A DNA stretch of 64,000 nt from Escherichia coli (GTDB lineage Bacteria > Pseudomonadota > Gammaproteobacteria > Enterobacterales > Enterobacteriaceae): NCBI RefSeq assembly GCF_030013595.1, contig NZ_CP122768.1, one strand, 5' to 3'. A model generated the notes under the pieces. It had not been told where the DNA came from. It was given only the letters and a program-made list of their open reading frames with translations, and did not search any database. This document shows positions 18,607 through 28,703 of this stretch, one piece after another. The stretch's first letter is position 1; every line of letters begins with the position of its first letter. The position numbers were made by a program, and so were the translations under genes.

Positions 18607-18757
18607 TACTCCCACATGGGGAAATCTCGGTATATGGGGCGACCGCCTTCTGGATGCACTGGAAACCTGTAACGCGGATAAACGGGCCATTGAATTACTG
18701 GAACAGCGCAGGCTGCAACGACTGAACAACGAGGACAACAACCATGCTGAAAACTGA
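18437..18757 (+). CDS. o-spanin lipoprotein (LysC/Rz1-like), embedded and overlapping
   Basis: Signal peptide with lipobox LLTGC; proline-rich mature part; starts inside the i-spanin gene in another frame. Confidence 0.6.
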   Translation: MNSYATILQKMNAPTLCLTLVLLTGCAGTQNAPLPAPSVRLIPQTLTIPVTPPPFPDTPTWGNLGIWGDRLLDALETCNADKRAIELLEQRRLQRLNNEDNNHAEN

Positions 18758-19211
18758 TTCCCTGCGTGAAGCCATGACCCGTTCATGCCGATGGTGTCAG
18801 GCCAACCCGGAAAAATTCACCATTTTCGTGGAGAGCGGCAACATTGAAACGACCGGAGAAACGCCCTCGTTTGTTTACCGCTATCAGATGGTGATGTTTG
18901 TCATGGATTACGCCGGGGAGCTGGACGACCTCACGCTGCCGCTGCTGGCGTGGTTATCCGAAAATCAGCCACAGTTGTTGCTCAACCCTGAGCGTAATCA
19001 GGACATCAAATTCTCCGCCGTTATCAATGACGATGACAGCGCCGATCTCCTGTTTACGCTCCCCCTGCGGGAACGCGTTCGCATCACGCGCAGCAGTCAG
19101 GGGACACCGCAGGCAGAACACCTGCCGGAGCCAAAACCCCGCCTGCCATCACCCGAAGGCGACTGGTCGCATGTATTCCAGGATGTGACGTGGGGTGAAA
19201 GCGATGGATAA
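18744..19211 (+). CDS. R: Tail completion protein (P2 gpR)
   Basis: 155 aa, same length and position as P2 R. Confidence 0.8.
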   Translation: MLKTDSLREAMTRSCRWCQANPEKFTIFVESGNIETTGETPSFVYRYQMVMFVMDYAGELDDLTLPLLAWLSENQPQLLLNPERNQDIKFSAVINDDDSADLLFTLPLRERVRITRSSQGTPQAEHLPEPKPRLPSPEGDWSHVFQDVTWGESDG

Positions 19212-19839
19212 GGCATTCACCCGCGTGGATGAAACCTTTGAGGCCATCCGCGACAGCCTGAATCAGCAGGCCATCAATAACATCGCCAGAAAGCTGGCAC
19301 AGGATTTACGCCGCGCCCAGCAGGCGCGTATCCGGTCACAGAAAGCGCCGGACGGGACCGCGTGGACACCACGCAGACGCCGCGTAACCCGGATACAGGA
19401 GCGCATTCGCTTTATCTGGAATAACGAAGCACGCACGCTGAAAAACTGGCATCACGACACGGGGAAATACGGGCGAACCATTACCGGGTGGGATGAGGAT
19501 AAAAACAATATCCGCACGTTTTACCGGGATGACATCGACCGTTTTCTGGAAATACGCACCCGGCGCATCAACCAGGACAGCACAAAGCGCGTCCCCATGT
19601 TCGTAAAACTGCGCACCGCCCGCTACCTGAAAGCCCGTGCAGATGCTTCCGGTGTGACGGTGGGTTACAGCGGCGTGGCCGCACGTATTGCCCGCGTTCA
19701 TCAGTTCGGTGAGCGCGATCAGGTTGCGCCGGGCATTTTCACCGATTACCCGGTACGTGAGCTGCTGGGTATCAGCCAGGCAGATGAGCGCCTGATTTAT
19801 AACACGGTGCTGGGCCGGATTGCGGAGGCTGTACGGTGA
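19195..19839 (+). CDS. S: Tail completion/virion morphogenesis protein (P2 gpS-like)
   Basis: Position between R and V; longer than P2 S. Confidence 0.7.
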   Translation: MKAMDKAFTRVDETFEAIRDSLNQQAINNIARKLAQDLRRAQQARIRSQKAPDGTAWTPRRRRVTRIQERIRFIWNNEARTLKNWHHDTGKYGRTITGWDEDKNNIRTFYRDDIDRFLEIRTRRINQDSTKRVPMFVKLRTARYLKARADASGVTVGYSGVAARIARVHQFGERDQVAPGIFTDYPVRELLGISQADERLIYNTVLGRIAEAVR

Positions 19840-20417
19840 GCGCAGAACTCATGCGACTGCTGAGCAATATCATCCGCACCGGGATCATCTCTGAAGTTGA
19901 TGAGAAGTCCTGGCGCGTGCGCGTTCGCAGCGGCGAACTGGAAACAGGCTGGTTGCGCTGGAACACCACGCGCGCGGGAGCCTTCAATGTATGGCTGCCG
20001 CCATCACCAGGCGAACAGGTGGTAATTGCCTGCATTGGCGGCAACCCGGAAACCGCCATGATAATTGGCAGCCTGTGGAGTGATGCCAGTCCGGCCCCCG
20101 GCAAAAGCCTGAAAGAAATCGTGGTCAGCGCGCCGGATGGCGCGGCGTTCCGCTACGACGCAGACGCTGGCGCACTGAGCGCCAGCGGCATGAAAACAGC
20201 CACCCTGCAGGCATCCGTCAGCGTGACACTGGATACGCCCGTCGTGGAATGCACAAACCTTCTGAGAACAGCGACGCTTGACGTCACAAAAGGGGGAAAG
20301 ATGAGCGGCAATATCACGCACAGCGGCGGCGATTTCACCTCAAACGGCATCACAGTGCATACGCATAAGCACGGTGGCGTTAAAGGTGGCAGCGATTCGA
20401 CAGGAGGCCCGCAGTGA
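19836..20417 (+). CDS. V: Baseplate spike/assembly protein (P2 gpV)
   Basis: 193 aa with the conserved GG/HTH..HGG C-terminus of gpV-type spikes. Confidence 0.85.
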   Translation: MSAELMRLLSNIIRTGIISEVDEKSWRVRVRSGELETGWLRWNTTRAGAFNVWLPPSPGEQVVIACIGGNPETAMIIGSLWSDASPAPGKSLKEIVVSAPDGAAFRYDADAGALSASGMKTATLQASVSVTLDTPVVECTNLLRTATLDVTKGGKMSGNITHSGGDFTSNGITVHTHKHGGVKGGSDSTGGPQ

Positions 20418-20764
20418 CAACCCGCTACACAGGAATGAACCCGGACGGAACGGGAAACCTGAACGATATGGAGCACCTGAAACAGTCAGTCAGGGACATC
20501 CTGACCACCCCGCTGGCCAGCCGGGTTATGCGACGGGAATATGGCAGCCTTGTGCCTGATTTGATTGACGAACCCATGAATAACACCACGCGTCTGCAAT
20601 GCATGAGTGCTGCCGTGATTGCGCTGACACGATGGGAACCCCGCATTGCCCTGGACGCTATCGACGTTGTCTGGAAGGCAGGAGGCCGCGCCGGGGTGAC
20701 GCTGTCGGGCACTGTCATGCAGACCATGCAGAATGTTGAATTAACCATCACGCTGAGGGAGTAA
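20414..20764 (+). CDS. W: Baseplate protein (P2 gpW)
   Basis: 116 aa, overlaps V stop; P2 W size and position. Confidence 0.85.
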   Translation: MTTRYTGMNPDGTGNLNDMEHLKQSVRDILTTPLASRVMRREYGSLVPDLIDEPMNNTTRLQCMSAAVIALTRWEPRIALDAIDVVWKAGGRAGVTLSGTVMQTMQNVELTITLRE

Positions 20765-20767
20765 ATC

Positions 20768-21664
20768 ATGCCTGCCGTTGACCTTTCACAGTTACCGGAC
20801 CCCGCCATCATCGCGGAGCCTGACTTTGAGGCAATTCTGGCTGACACAAAGGCCATGATGATTGCGTCCTATCCCGCCGAACAGCGTGAAGCCGTTTCCG
20901 CCGCGCTGGAGCTGGAATCGGAACCCCTTAACGTTATCGCTCAAACCATGTCGTTTCGTGAAATGCTGTTACGCCAGCGGGTCAATGAGGGTGCACGCGC
21001 CTGCATGCTAAGCCACAGCGCCGGGACAGACCTGGACAACCTCGCGGGCAATATGAACACAAAGCGCCTGGTTATCACTCCGGCAACGGATACCACCGAC
21101 GCAGTGATGGAAAGTGACACCTCGCTGAGACTACGGGCGCAACGGGCATATGACGGTCTGAGTGTTGCTGGCCCGTCAGGTGCATACGAGTATTTTGCAC
21201 GCAGCGCCAGCGGTCTGGTACGCGATGCGCGGGCCATCAGCCCGTCTCCGGCCAACGTGACGGTTTCCATCCTGTCCACTGAGGGCGACGGCACAGCAAC
21301 GGAGGCATTGCTTAATACCGTTCGCGCCGTTCTGAATGCAGAGGATACCCGCCCGGTGGCCGACCGCCTGACCGTACAGAGTGCCAGAATCGTGACATGG
21401 CGGCTGAATGCAAAACTGTACTTTTACCCCGGCCCGGAATCCGAACCTATTCTGGCCGCGGCGGAATCGTCGTTCAGGAAGTGGCTGTCTGAGCAGGGGC
21501 TTATCGGTCAGGATGTGGCGTTGTCAGCCATTGCTGCCGCACTGCATGTGCACGGTGTGCAACGCGTGGAGATAATCGAACCCACACAAAATATGGCCAT
21601 CAGCGACATACAGGCGGCGCGCTGTGAGTCATTCACCATCAGCGAAGGTGGGCGTAATGAGTAA
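20768..21664 (+). CDS. J: Baseplate assembly protein J (P2 gpJ)
   Basis: 298 aa, P2 J position. Confidence 0.85.
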   Translation: MPAVDLSQLPDPAIIAEPDFEAILADTKAMMIASYPAEQREAVSAALELESEPLNVIAQTMSFREMLLRQRVNEGARACMLSHSAGTDLDNLAGNMNTKRLVITPATDTTDAVMESDTSLRLRAQRAYDGLSVAGPSGAYEYFARSASGLVRDARAISPSPANVTVSILSTEGDGTATEALLNTVRAVLNAEDTRPVADRLTVQSARIVTWRLNAKLYFYPGPESEPILAAAESSFRKWLSEQGLIGQDVALSAIAAALHVHGVQRVEIIEPTQNMAISDIQAARCESFTISEGGRNE

Positions 21665-22187
21665 TTCACTGTTACCGCCATCAGCCAGCAATTTCATGCG
21701 TTGTGCCGAAGCTGTCGGAACGCGCATTACAGACATTCCGGTAGACCTCAACACGCTGTGGTCGCCGGACACCTGCCCGGTGCATCTGCTGCCTTATCTC
21801 GCCTGGGCATTTTCCGTTGACCGCTGGGATCGCAACTGGCCGGAAGAGACAAAGCGACAGGTGATTCGTGATGCATGGCTGATACACCGACACAAAGGGA
21901 CCATCAGCGCACTGCGCCGGGCCATTGAGCCGCTGGGATACCTCATTCGTGTGTCTGAGTGGTGGGAGTTCGGCGGAGAACCGGGAACATTTACCGTTGA
22001 AGTCGGCACGCTGGACAGTGGCGTGACGGAGGAAATGTATCTGGAAATGGAGCGGTTGATTGCTGATGCCCGCCCGGTCAGCCGCCACATGACAGGGCTG
22101 AATATCATTCAGGAGATCCCGGGGGATATTTTCGCGGCGGCAGCAACTTACGACGGTGAAGTCATTACCATTTATCCGGACGATTAA
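21657..22187 (+). CDS. I: Baseplate/tail protein I (P2 gpI)
   Basis: Starts 8 nt inside J; 176 aa as in P2 I. Confidence 0.85.
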   Translation: MSNSLLPPSASNFMRCAEAVGTRITDIPVDLNTLWSPDTCPVHLLPYLAWAFSVDRWDRNWPEETKRQVIRDAWLIHRHKGTISALRRAIEPLGYLIRVSEWWEFGGEPGTFTVEVGTLDSGVTEEMYLEMERLIADARPVSRHMTGLNIIQEIPGDIFAAAATYDGEVITIYPDD

Positions 22188-22189
22188 GC

Positions 22190-24781
22190 ATGAGTACCAC
22201 AACACGAAAATTTAAAACCATTATCACTGATACTGGTGCCAAAAAATTAGCTCAGGCAGCCGCGCCAGATGGTAATCCTGTCCGCCTGACTCACATGGCC
22301 GTGGGCGACGGTGGCGGCACGTTGCCCACACCAGACAGTAAGCAGACCCGTCTGGTGCATGAGGTGTGGCGACATACTGTTAATCGCGTCATCCTGGACG
22401 CAACACATCAGAACCGCATTATTGCGGAGCTGGTTATTCCTCCTGAAACGGGCGGATTCTGGATCCGGGAAATTGGTGTATTTGATGAGCACGGCGATTT
22501 GATCGCGGTGGGCAATACTGCGGAAAGTTACAAGCCAGCCGTTGCCGAAGGATCCGGACGTGTACAAACATTTCGCACCATTCTGACCGTATCCAGCACT
22601 GCCACCGTGGCGCTTACCGTGGATAACACCATGGTTATGGCCACAGTGGATTACGTGAATGACAAACTGAAAGAACATGAACAGTCACGACGTCACCCGG
22701 ACGCCTCGCTGACCGCAAAAGGCTTTGTTCAACTCAGTAGCGCCACCAACAGCACGTCTGAAACACTGGCCGCAACGCCGAAAGCGGTAAAGGCCGCGTA
22801 TGACCTTGCTAACGGGAAATATACCGCACAGGACGCCACCATAGCGCGAAAAGGCCTTGTCCAGCTCAGTAGTGCCACCAACAGCACGTCTGAAACGCTC
22901 GCCGCAACGCCGAAAGCGGTAAAGGCAGCATATGACCTTGCTAACGGGAAATACACTGCACAGGACGCCACCACAACGCGAAAAGGCCTTGTTCAGCTCA
23001 GTAGCGCCACCAACAGTGATTCTGAAACGCTTGCGGCAACGCCAAAGGCGGTAAAGGCAGCATATGACCTTGCTAACGGGAAATACACTGCACAGGACGC
23101 CACCACAGCGCGAAAAGGTCTTGTCCAGCTCAGTAGCGCCACCAACAGCACGTCTGAAGCATTGGCCGCAACACCGAAAGCGGTAAAGGCCGCGTATGAC
23201 CTTGCTAACGGGAAATACACTGCACAGGACGCCACCACAGCGCGAAAAGGTCTTGTCCAGCTCAGTAGCGTCACCAACAGCGATTCTGAAACGCTTGCGG
23301 CAACGCCAAAGGCGGTAAAGGCCGCGTATAACCTTGCTAACGGGAAATACACTGCACAGGATGCCACTACAGCGCGAAAAGGTCTTGTCCAGCTCAGTAG
23401 CGTCACCAACAGTGATTCTGAAACGCTGGCCGCAACATCAAAAGCGGTGAAGTCTGCCTATGACAATGCTGAAAAACGCCTTCAGAAAGATCAGAACGGT
23501 GCGGATATTCCGGGAAAGGATACCTTCACGAAAAATATCGGTGCCTGTCGTGCTTATAGCGGCGCTTTGAGCACTGAAGCCGGAAACTGGACAACCGCTC
23601 AGTTTATTGAATGGCTGGATTCCCGTGGTGCATTTAATCATCCGTACTGGATGTGCAAAGGCTCATGGTCATATGCAAATAACAAAATCATTACGGATAC
23701 CGGATGTGGTGATATCCACCTGGCTGGTTGTGTCGTCGAGGTCATGGGAACTAAATCTGCAATCACTATCCGAGTAACCACGCCGACAACATCAAGTGGT
23801 GGCGGTACAACCAGCGCACAATTCACTTACATTAATCATGGGGGCGGCTACTTCCCCGGCTGGCGTCGTGACTGGAATCGTCAGGGCGACTCAATGACCG
23901 GAACGATTAATCAGGATGGCGGAAGCCAGAATGCCTATATGTCTACGGCCTTATGTTCAGGCACCAGAGGCGGCAAAAAATATCTCAGAAAGTTTCGTGG
24001 TGGAGAAGGAGATACTATCTGGCATGAAACAGTACAGGGCGGGGTAATTCGCTGGGCGACAGGAAACTATGACGCTCAGGAAGAATTATCACTCAGCTCC
24101 GCTTATGGTCTCCGTTCAAGAGGTGAGATTACATCACTCAGTGCTAATGGTCTGCGCATTGCTTATGGCAATTATGGATTCTTTATCAGGAATGATGGCG
24201 GCAGCACATATTTAATGCTGACGGCCTCTGGCGATAAATTTGGGACATGGAACGGCTTAAGACCGCTGACTATCAATAACGCCAATGGCGGAGTGTCAAT
24301 GGGGCATGGCCTGAGTGTTACAGGTGATATTGTCTCAAGTACCAAAGTACGTGCCGGTAGCGGGAAAAAGTTCACGGTCAGCAGCAGCAATACATCCACG
24401 AAGGAAGCCGCATTCAATTTGTGGGGAAACGCAAGTCGTCCGGTGGTGGCTGAATTAGGTGATGATGCAGGCTGGCATTTTTACAGTCAGAGAAATACAG
24501 ATAACAGCATCACTTTTGCTGTTAACGGGCAGGTATCACCATCTAACTATGGCAACTTTGATTCACGCTATGTCCGGGATATTAGACTTGGTGGCGCGTC
24601 ATCCTATAAACCAGCAAATAACGGGACAACATGGACGCATCAGGCTCCATCTGGTTGCGCATATACCGGGATTATCGTTCAGGATACAGGCTCAAACTCT
24701 GCCGATAATATTGGTGGTGTTTATTACAGACCAATTCAAAAAAATATTAATGGTACATGGTATAACGTATCGAGTGTTTGA
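22190..24781 (+). CDS. H: Tail fiber protein (P2 gpH-like) with expanded internal repeats
   Basis: Conserved gpH N-terminus, then about 5.5 tandem 44-aa repeats and a distal receptor-binding region. Confidence 0.85.
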   Translation: MSTTTRKFKTIITDTGAKKLAQAAAPDGNPVRLTHMAVGDGGGTLPTPDSKQTRLVHEVWRHTVNRVILDATHQNRIIAELVIPPETGGFWIREIGVFDEHGDLIAVGNTAESYKPAVAEGSGRVQTFRTILTVSSTATVALTVDNTMVMATVDYVNDKLKEHEQSRRHPDASLTAKGFVQLSSATNSTSETLAATPKAVKAAYDLANGKYTAQDATIARKGLVQLSSATNSTSETLAATPKAVKAAYDLANGKYTAQDATTTRKGLVQLSSATNSDSETLAATPKAVKAAYDLANGKYTAQDATTARKGLVQLSSATNSTSEALAATPKAVKAAYDLANGKYTAQDATTARKGLVQLSSVTNSDSETLAATPKAVKAAYNLANGKYTAQDATTARKGLVQLSSVTNSDSETLAATSKAVKSAYDNAEKRLQKDQNGADIPGKDTFTKNIGACRAYSGALSTEAGNWTTAQFIEWLDSRGAFNHPYWMCKGSWSYANNKIITDTGCGDIHLAGCVVEVMGTKSAITIRVTTPTTSSGGGTTSAQFTYINHGGGYFPGWRRDWNRQGDSMTGTINQDGGSQNAYMSTALCSGTRGGKKYLRKFRGGEGDTIWHETVQGGVIRWATGNYDAQEELSLSSAYGLRSRGEITSLSANGLRIAYGNYGFFIRNDGGSTYLMLTASGDKFGTWNGLRPLTINNANGGVSMGHGLSVTGDIVSSTKVRAGSGKKFTVSSSNTSTKEAAFNLWGNASRPVVAELGDDAGWHFYSQRNTDNSITFAVNGQVSPSNYGNFDSRYVRDIRLGGASSYKPANNGTTWTHQAPSGCAYTGIIVQDTGSNSADNIGGVYYRPIQKNINGTWYNVSSV
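22715..23460 (+). repeat. Tandem in-frame 132-bp repeats (about 5.5 copies) inside the tail fiber gene
   Basis: Unit encodes RKGLVQLSSATNSxSETLAATPKAVKAAYDLANGKYTAQDATTA; copies near-identical at DNA level. Confidence 0.85.
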
Positions 24782-25317
24782 TTATGATGCATTTAAAAAA
24801 TATAAAACCGGGCAATCCAAAAACAAAAGAACAGTACCTGTTAACTAAAAACTCCGGCGTTGTCTGGTTATTCGCTGAAGATGGTAAAAACTGGTATGAG
24901 GAACAAAAGAACTTTCAGCCAGACACCATAAAGATTGCATATGATGAAAATAATGTCATATGCGACGTGCAAACGGATGTAACTGCAATTTGCCCGGAAG
25001 GAAAAAGTGTTGTCGAGTTGCCTAATATTACAGCAAACCGACGCGCTGATATTTCAGGTAACTGGATGTTTAAAGATGGCTCAGTCATTAAACGTGTGTA
25101 TACCGAAGAAGAGCAACGCTTGCAGGCTGAAAACCAGAAACAAAGGTTATTACAGCAGGCCAGAGAAAAAACGCAGTTCTGGCAGACCCAGCTTGCATTA
25201 GGGATTATCAGTGATTCAGATAAGCAACAACTGATGCGCTGGATGCGGTACGTGCAACAAGTTGAGACCACTGATACCACTGAATTACCCGTTACGTTCC
25301 CTGATCAACCAGAATAA
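24778..25317 (+). CDS. G: Tail fiber assembly chaperone (P2 gpG-like)
   Basis: Immediately downstream of H with overlap; typical tfa size. Confidence 0.8.
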   Translation: MIMMHLKNIKPGNPKTKEQYLLTKNSGVVWLFAEDGKNWYEEQKNFQPDTIKIAYDENNVICDVQTDVTAICPEGKSVVELPNITANRRADISGNWMFKDGSVIKRVYTEEEQRLQAENQKQRLLQQAREKTQFWQTQLALGIISDSDKQQLMRWMRYVQQVETTDTTELPVTFPDQPE

Positions 25318-25350
25318 ACGAAAGGCCCGAATATCGGGCCTTATCGTTAT
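25318..25350. terminator. Bidirectional rho-independent terminator between convergent G and U
   Basis: Hairpin AAAGGCCCGA-tat-CGGGCCTT flanked by T/A runs. Confidence 0.6.
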
Positions 25351-25385
25351 TTCTGTTTATCTAACTATTTGTGATTTGCGTTAAA

Positions 25386-25880
25386 TCAGAACAGTCCCTT
25401 AACAGAACTGACCGCACTGTTAAGGGATGACGCCACCTTATCTTTGAAGCCGGACAGCATATCGCTGAACGATGAGGATTGCAGGCGCTCCCGCAAATCC
25501 TCATCACAGCGTTCAAGGGTCAGTGAAAATTCTATCTTTTTCGCCTTACCGTAGCGATCAAACTCGGAACGGGTCGTATTCGTTTCAGTCAGCACATACA
25601 TGCCGTAAATCTGCCCGACACCATCAATCAGAGGCCAGGGGCGTCCTGTATATGCCTGCGTGGTCAGCAACGAAAGCGACACTTCGCCACCTGTAATTTC
25701 AGGATAAAGCACGCCGGAAAGCACAATGCGATCATCACCTGCACCTATATACTGCCAGCTTGCTGAACGGTTAACGCGTTCATTTTTTACATGCCGCCAG
25801 CTTTTGTTTTGCTGTAACTGCTGATGCGGCAGTGTGCGCAGCTCAAAAACAAACATGCCGTAGATCATCATCATGGCCAT
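25386..25880 (-). CDS. U: Tail protein U (P2 gpU)
   Basis: MMIYGMFVF...QQLQ...SW N-terminus resembles P2 U. Confidence 0.85.
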   Translation of the reverse strand: MAMMMIYGMFVFELRTLPHQQLQQNKSWRHVKNERVNRSASWQYIGAGDDRIVLSGVLYPEITGGEVSLSLLTTQAYTGRPWPLIDGVGQIYGMYVLTETNTTRSEFDRYGKAKKIEFSLTLERCDEDLRERLQSSSFSDMLSGFKDKVASSLNSAVSSVKGLF

Positions 25881-25886
25881 GACTCC

Positions 25887-28703
25887 TCAATCTTTATCGT
25901 AAAAACTGCCACGTCCGGCACGGGCGCGCCGTTCCATCTCTGCCCTGACCATTTCACCGACCAGTTTCGCCAGTTCGCGGGGATTCTGCGTAACAACGTT
26001 ATGCAGATGAACATGAATTTCACCGCCAAACCCGGAGGCAACAGGCTCCCGGTTACGGAAAGTTGCAGGAACTGATGCCACTGGAGAGCGTATGGCCTCC
26101 GCCACCGGGCGGGAGCTGGCCGCAACAACAGGGACCAGCGCCGGAGGCAGCGGAGCCGGGACCACGGGTGTGATATTAATTGCGGGGGCAGGCTTACTGA
26201 CCTGCGCAATCTTCCGCTCCTGCCACTCCCCACGAACAGCAAGTGCGCGGGGCAGGTTCTTAAAGACAATATCGCCGGGGCCAATGCGTTTTTTCGTCTC
26301 ATCAACCAGCTTACCTGTGTTATCAGCAATTTTGCTGAGTCTGCGTAGCGTACCGGTATTGCTGTCTGTGAGCGGTTTGTTGTCTTTGGGCTTATCACCT
26401 CCGGTGCCATTGCCATTTTCCACAGGCTTCGGCGGATTGATTTTCGCCAGGTCCCCCTGAAGCAAGGCAACCTTGTCCTGAAGAATGGCCGCACGCTGTG
26501 CGTCTTCGATTTTCTTGCGCGCCCTTTCCGCTTCATCCGGAAGCACACCGAGCTTTTCAAGTATCCACGCCAGCGTATCCAGCAACATTTTTGCAGGTGT
26601 CAGAACAAGTTGTAACGCACCGCCAAGAACGTTACCGAATATCTCGCCAGCACTGGTACATTTATCCAGCGTTTCCTTGCTGGACTCCATCGGTGACAGC
26701 AGCGATTTAAACCAGTTAAACACCTGGCTGATCCCGCTTCCGATTGCGTCAAAAACAGGACCAAACCGTTCAAAGGTTTCGCGCAACGGGGTCAGCCTTT
26801 CCATAATCCCGCTGAACACTCCGGCAAAAAATGCCCTGATGGGATCCCAGTATTTCCAGATAAGAACGGCAGCTCCGGCAAGCGCAGCCACAATAAGACC
26901 AACCGGACTGAACAACGCCCCGATAGCGCCTCCCAGTAAAGAAACAGAACCCGTCACCATTCCCCACAGCGCAGGCAACACCCTGACGACATTCATTGAC
27001 CGGGTCAGGATGTCAAAACCAAGACGCAGGGTGGCCAGCTTCCCGTAAAGCACCCCAATAACCAGCGACAACGAGCCAATCGTTGCAGTCATTGCCAGCA
27101 ACGCACCGCCTGCTATCAGTAGCTGGCGCGTCAGTACCGGATGGGCCTGCGCCAGCGAGGTGATTTTTTCAAGCACCCGCGTGAACCACTGCGTGACAAA
27201 ACGCAGCGGACCGTCAACCAGATCACTGATGCGAATACGAAGACCTTCCCATGCGCTGTCGAGATTTTTCAGGTCCCCATCAAGATTATCGGCCATTACT
27301 TTTGCAACGCGATCGGCCTCTCCCCTTGCCCCCTGCAATTCTCTGGTCAGTTTTTGCAGCTCTCCTGAACCAGCCGCCGCAACAAGCGTCTGCAAACCAA
27401 CGAACGCCTCTTCTCCGGCGATGTCCTTGAAGAAGGAGACCTGGTCCACCTGTCCGTATTTTTGTGTCGCCTTATAGAGATCAAGCAGCACATCCTCCAT
27501 CGGGCGCATTTTGCCTCTGGCGTCAGCAACTGACACCCCAAGCTCTTTCAGCGCATCAGCCGCAGCTTTTGGCGGTGATGCAAGGCGGGACAGACTTGCG
27601 CGCATGGCCGTACCAGCATCGCTTCCACGAAGACCATTATTGGCAAGCATCCCGGCCATGGCTGCCGCTTCTTCAAGACTGATACCAAGTTTTGCGGCAA
27701 CCGGACCGGTATACTTCATGGTTTCGCCCAGCGCGCGTAAATCAGTATTGGTCCGGGTGAATGCCGCTGTCAGCGTATCGCCAACCCGGTCCATTTGATC
27801 GGCTGTCAGGTTGAACTGTGTGAGGATATTGGAGCCTATATCAGCCGTCTCGCCGAGTTCGACGCCACCTGCCAGCGCCATATTAAGAACACCGGGCAAT
27901 GCGGCCTGAATGGCCTGCGGAGTAAAACCAGCCATTGCCAGAAAGCTCTGCCCACTGGCGGCATCACTCGCAGTAAACTGTGTTTCAGAGCCAAGTTTTA
28001 ACGCCTGCTCACGCAGCGCCTTAAACTGCGGGCTGTTTTTGTCGATTCGCGTCAGTGCCTGAACGCGGGACATCTCTTTGCCGAACCCGATCGCAGGCTG
28101 CAAAAAACGCCCGGCAGCATAGCCGCCCGCCGCTGCCGCACCAATTGCCAGCGCACCACCTGTTTTCAGTTTTCCCGCTGTTTCCTGCGCGCGCGAATAC
28201 CGCTCACGCGCCCGCGTTACACGCGCAAGCGCCTGCCGTTCGCGTTCAAGCTGGTTGTTGTACTGTTCGGTGCGTCTGATGGCCTGCTGGATGGTGTTAT
28301 CGCTGCCTGTCAGGGAAATGCCGTGGCGTTTCAGCTCTCCGCCAAGCTCCCGCATTTTCTGAATTTCCCGTGTGCGCGATTCATTCAGGCGTTCAAGCCG
28401 GGTGCTTAACTGCTGCATCAGCTTTTGTTGTTTTTCGCTGAGCACTGTACCCGTGCGTTGTAACTGATTAAGGGCGTTAAGCTGGCGTCGTGCTTTCAAT
28501 ATGCCAGCATCCGCTTTACTGACAGCGTCACGGGCGCGCTCAAATGAACGCGCCTGACGCTCGAGATTTTTGATCGCCCCCTGCGTTCGCTGGATGGAGT
28601 CACCAAGCTGCCCCATCAGGCGGCGGGCGTTTTCGGCAGGCCGGGTCAACCTGTCAACGGCGCTGAAAGCGACCCGGATATCAAGAGTCTTCATTATCTG
28701 CAT
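25887..28703 (-). CDS. T: Tail tape measure protein (P2 gpT)
   Basis: 938-aa protein, helical with a central hydrophobic glycine-rich segment; between E and U. Confidence 0.85.
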   Translation of the reverse strand: MQIMKTLDIRVAFSAVDRLTRPAENARRLMGQLGDSIQRTQGAIKNLERQARSFERARDAVSKADAGILKARRQLNALNQLQRTGTVLSEKQQKLMQQLSTRLERLNESRTREIQKMRELGGELKRHGISLTGSDNTIQQAIRRTEQYNNQLERERQALARVTRARERYSRAQETAGKLKTGGALAIGAAAAGGYAAGRFLQPAIGFGKEMSRVQALTRIDKNSPQFKALREQALKLGSETQFTASDAASGQSFLAMAGFTPQAIQAALPGVLNMALAGGVELGETADIGSNILTQFNLTADQMDRVGDTLTAAFTRTNTDLRALGETMKYTGPVAAKLGISLEEAAAMAGMLANNGLRGSDAGTAMRASLSRLASPPKAAADALKELGVSVADARGKMRPMEDVLLDLYKATQKYGQVDQVSFFKDIAGEEAFVGLQTLVAAAGSGELQKLTRELQGARGEADRVAKVMADNLDGDLKNLDSAWEGLRIRISDLVDGPLRFVTQWFTRVLEKITSLAQAHPVLTRQLLIAGGALLAMTATIGSLSLVIGVLYGKLATLRLGFDILTRSMNVVRVLPALWGMVTGSVSLLGGAIGALFSPVGLIVAALAGAAVLIWKYWDPIRAFFAGVFSGIMERLTPLRETFERFGPVFDAIGSGISQVFNWFKSLLSPMESSKETLDKCTSAGEIFGNVLGGALQLVLTPAKMLLDTLAWILEKLGVLPDEAERARKKIEDAQRAAILQDKVALLQGDLAKINPPKPVENGNGTGGDKPKDNKPLTDSNTGTLRRLSKIADNTGKLVDETKKRIGPGDIVFKNLPRALAVRGEWQERKIAQVSKPAPAINITPVVPAPLPPALVPVVAASSRPVAEAIRSPVASVPATFRNREPVASGFGGEIHVHLHNVVTQNPRELAKLVGEMVRAEMERRARAGRGSFYDKD

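Noticed and set aside
22729-23409. Two minus-strand ORFs (81 and 138 aa) with internally repeated sequence
   Set aside because: They are the antisense of the tandem tail-fiber repeats; repetition explains the open frames.
22715-23460. Possible CRISPR array
   Set aside because: Repeats are 132 bp, contiguous without spacers, in frame and protein-coding inside the tail fiber gene.
25871-28001. Multiple out-of-frame and antisense ORFs inside the tape measure gene
   Set aside because: All overlap the 938-aa T reading frame, which is far better supported by position and length.
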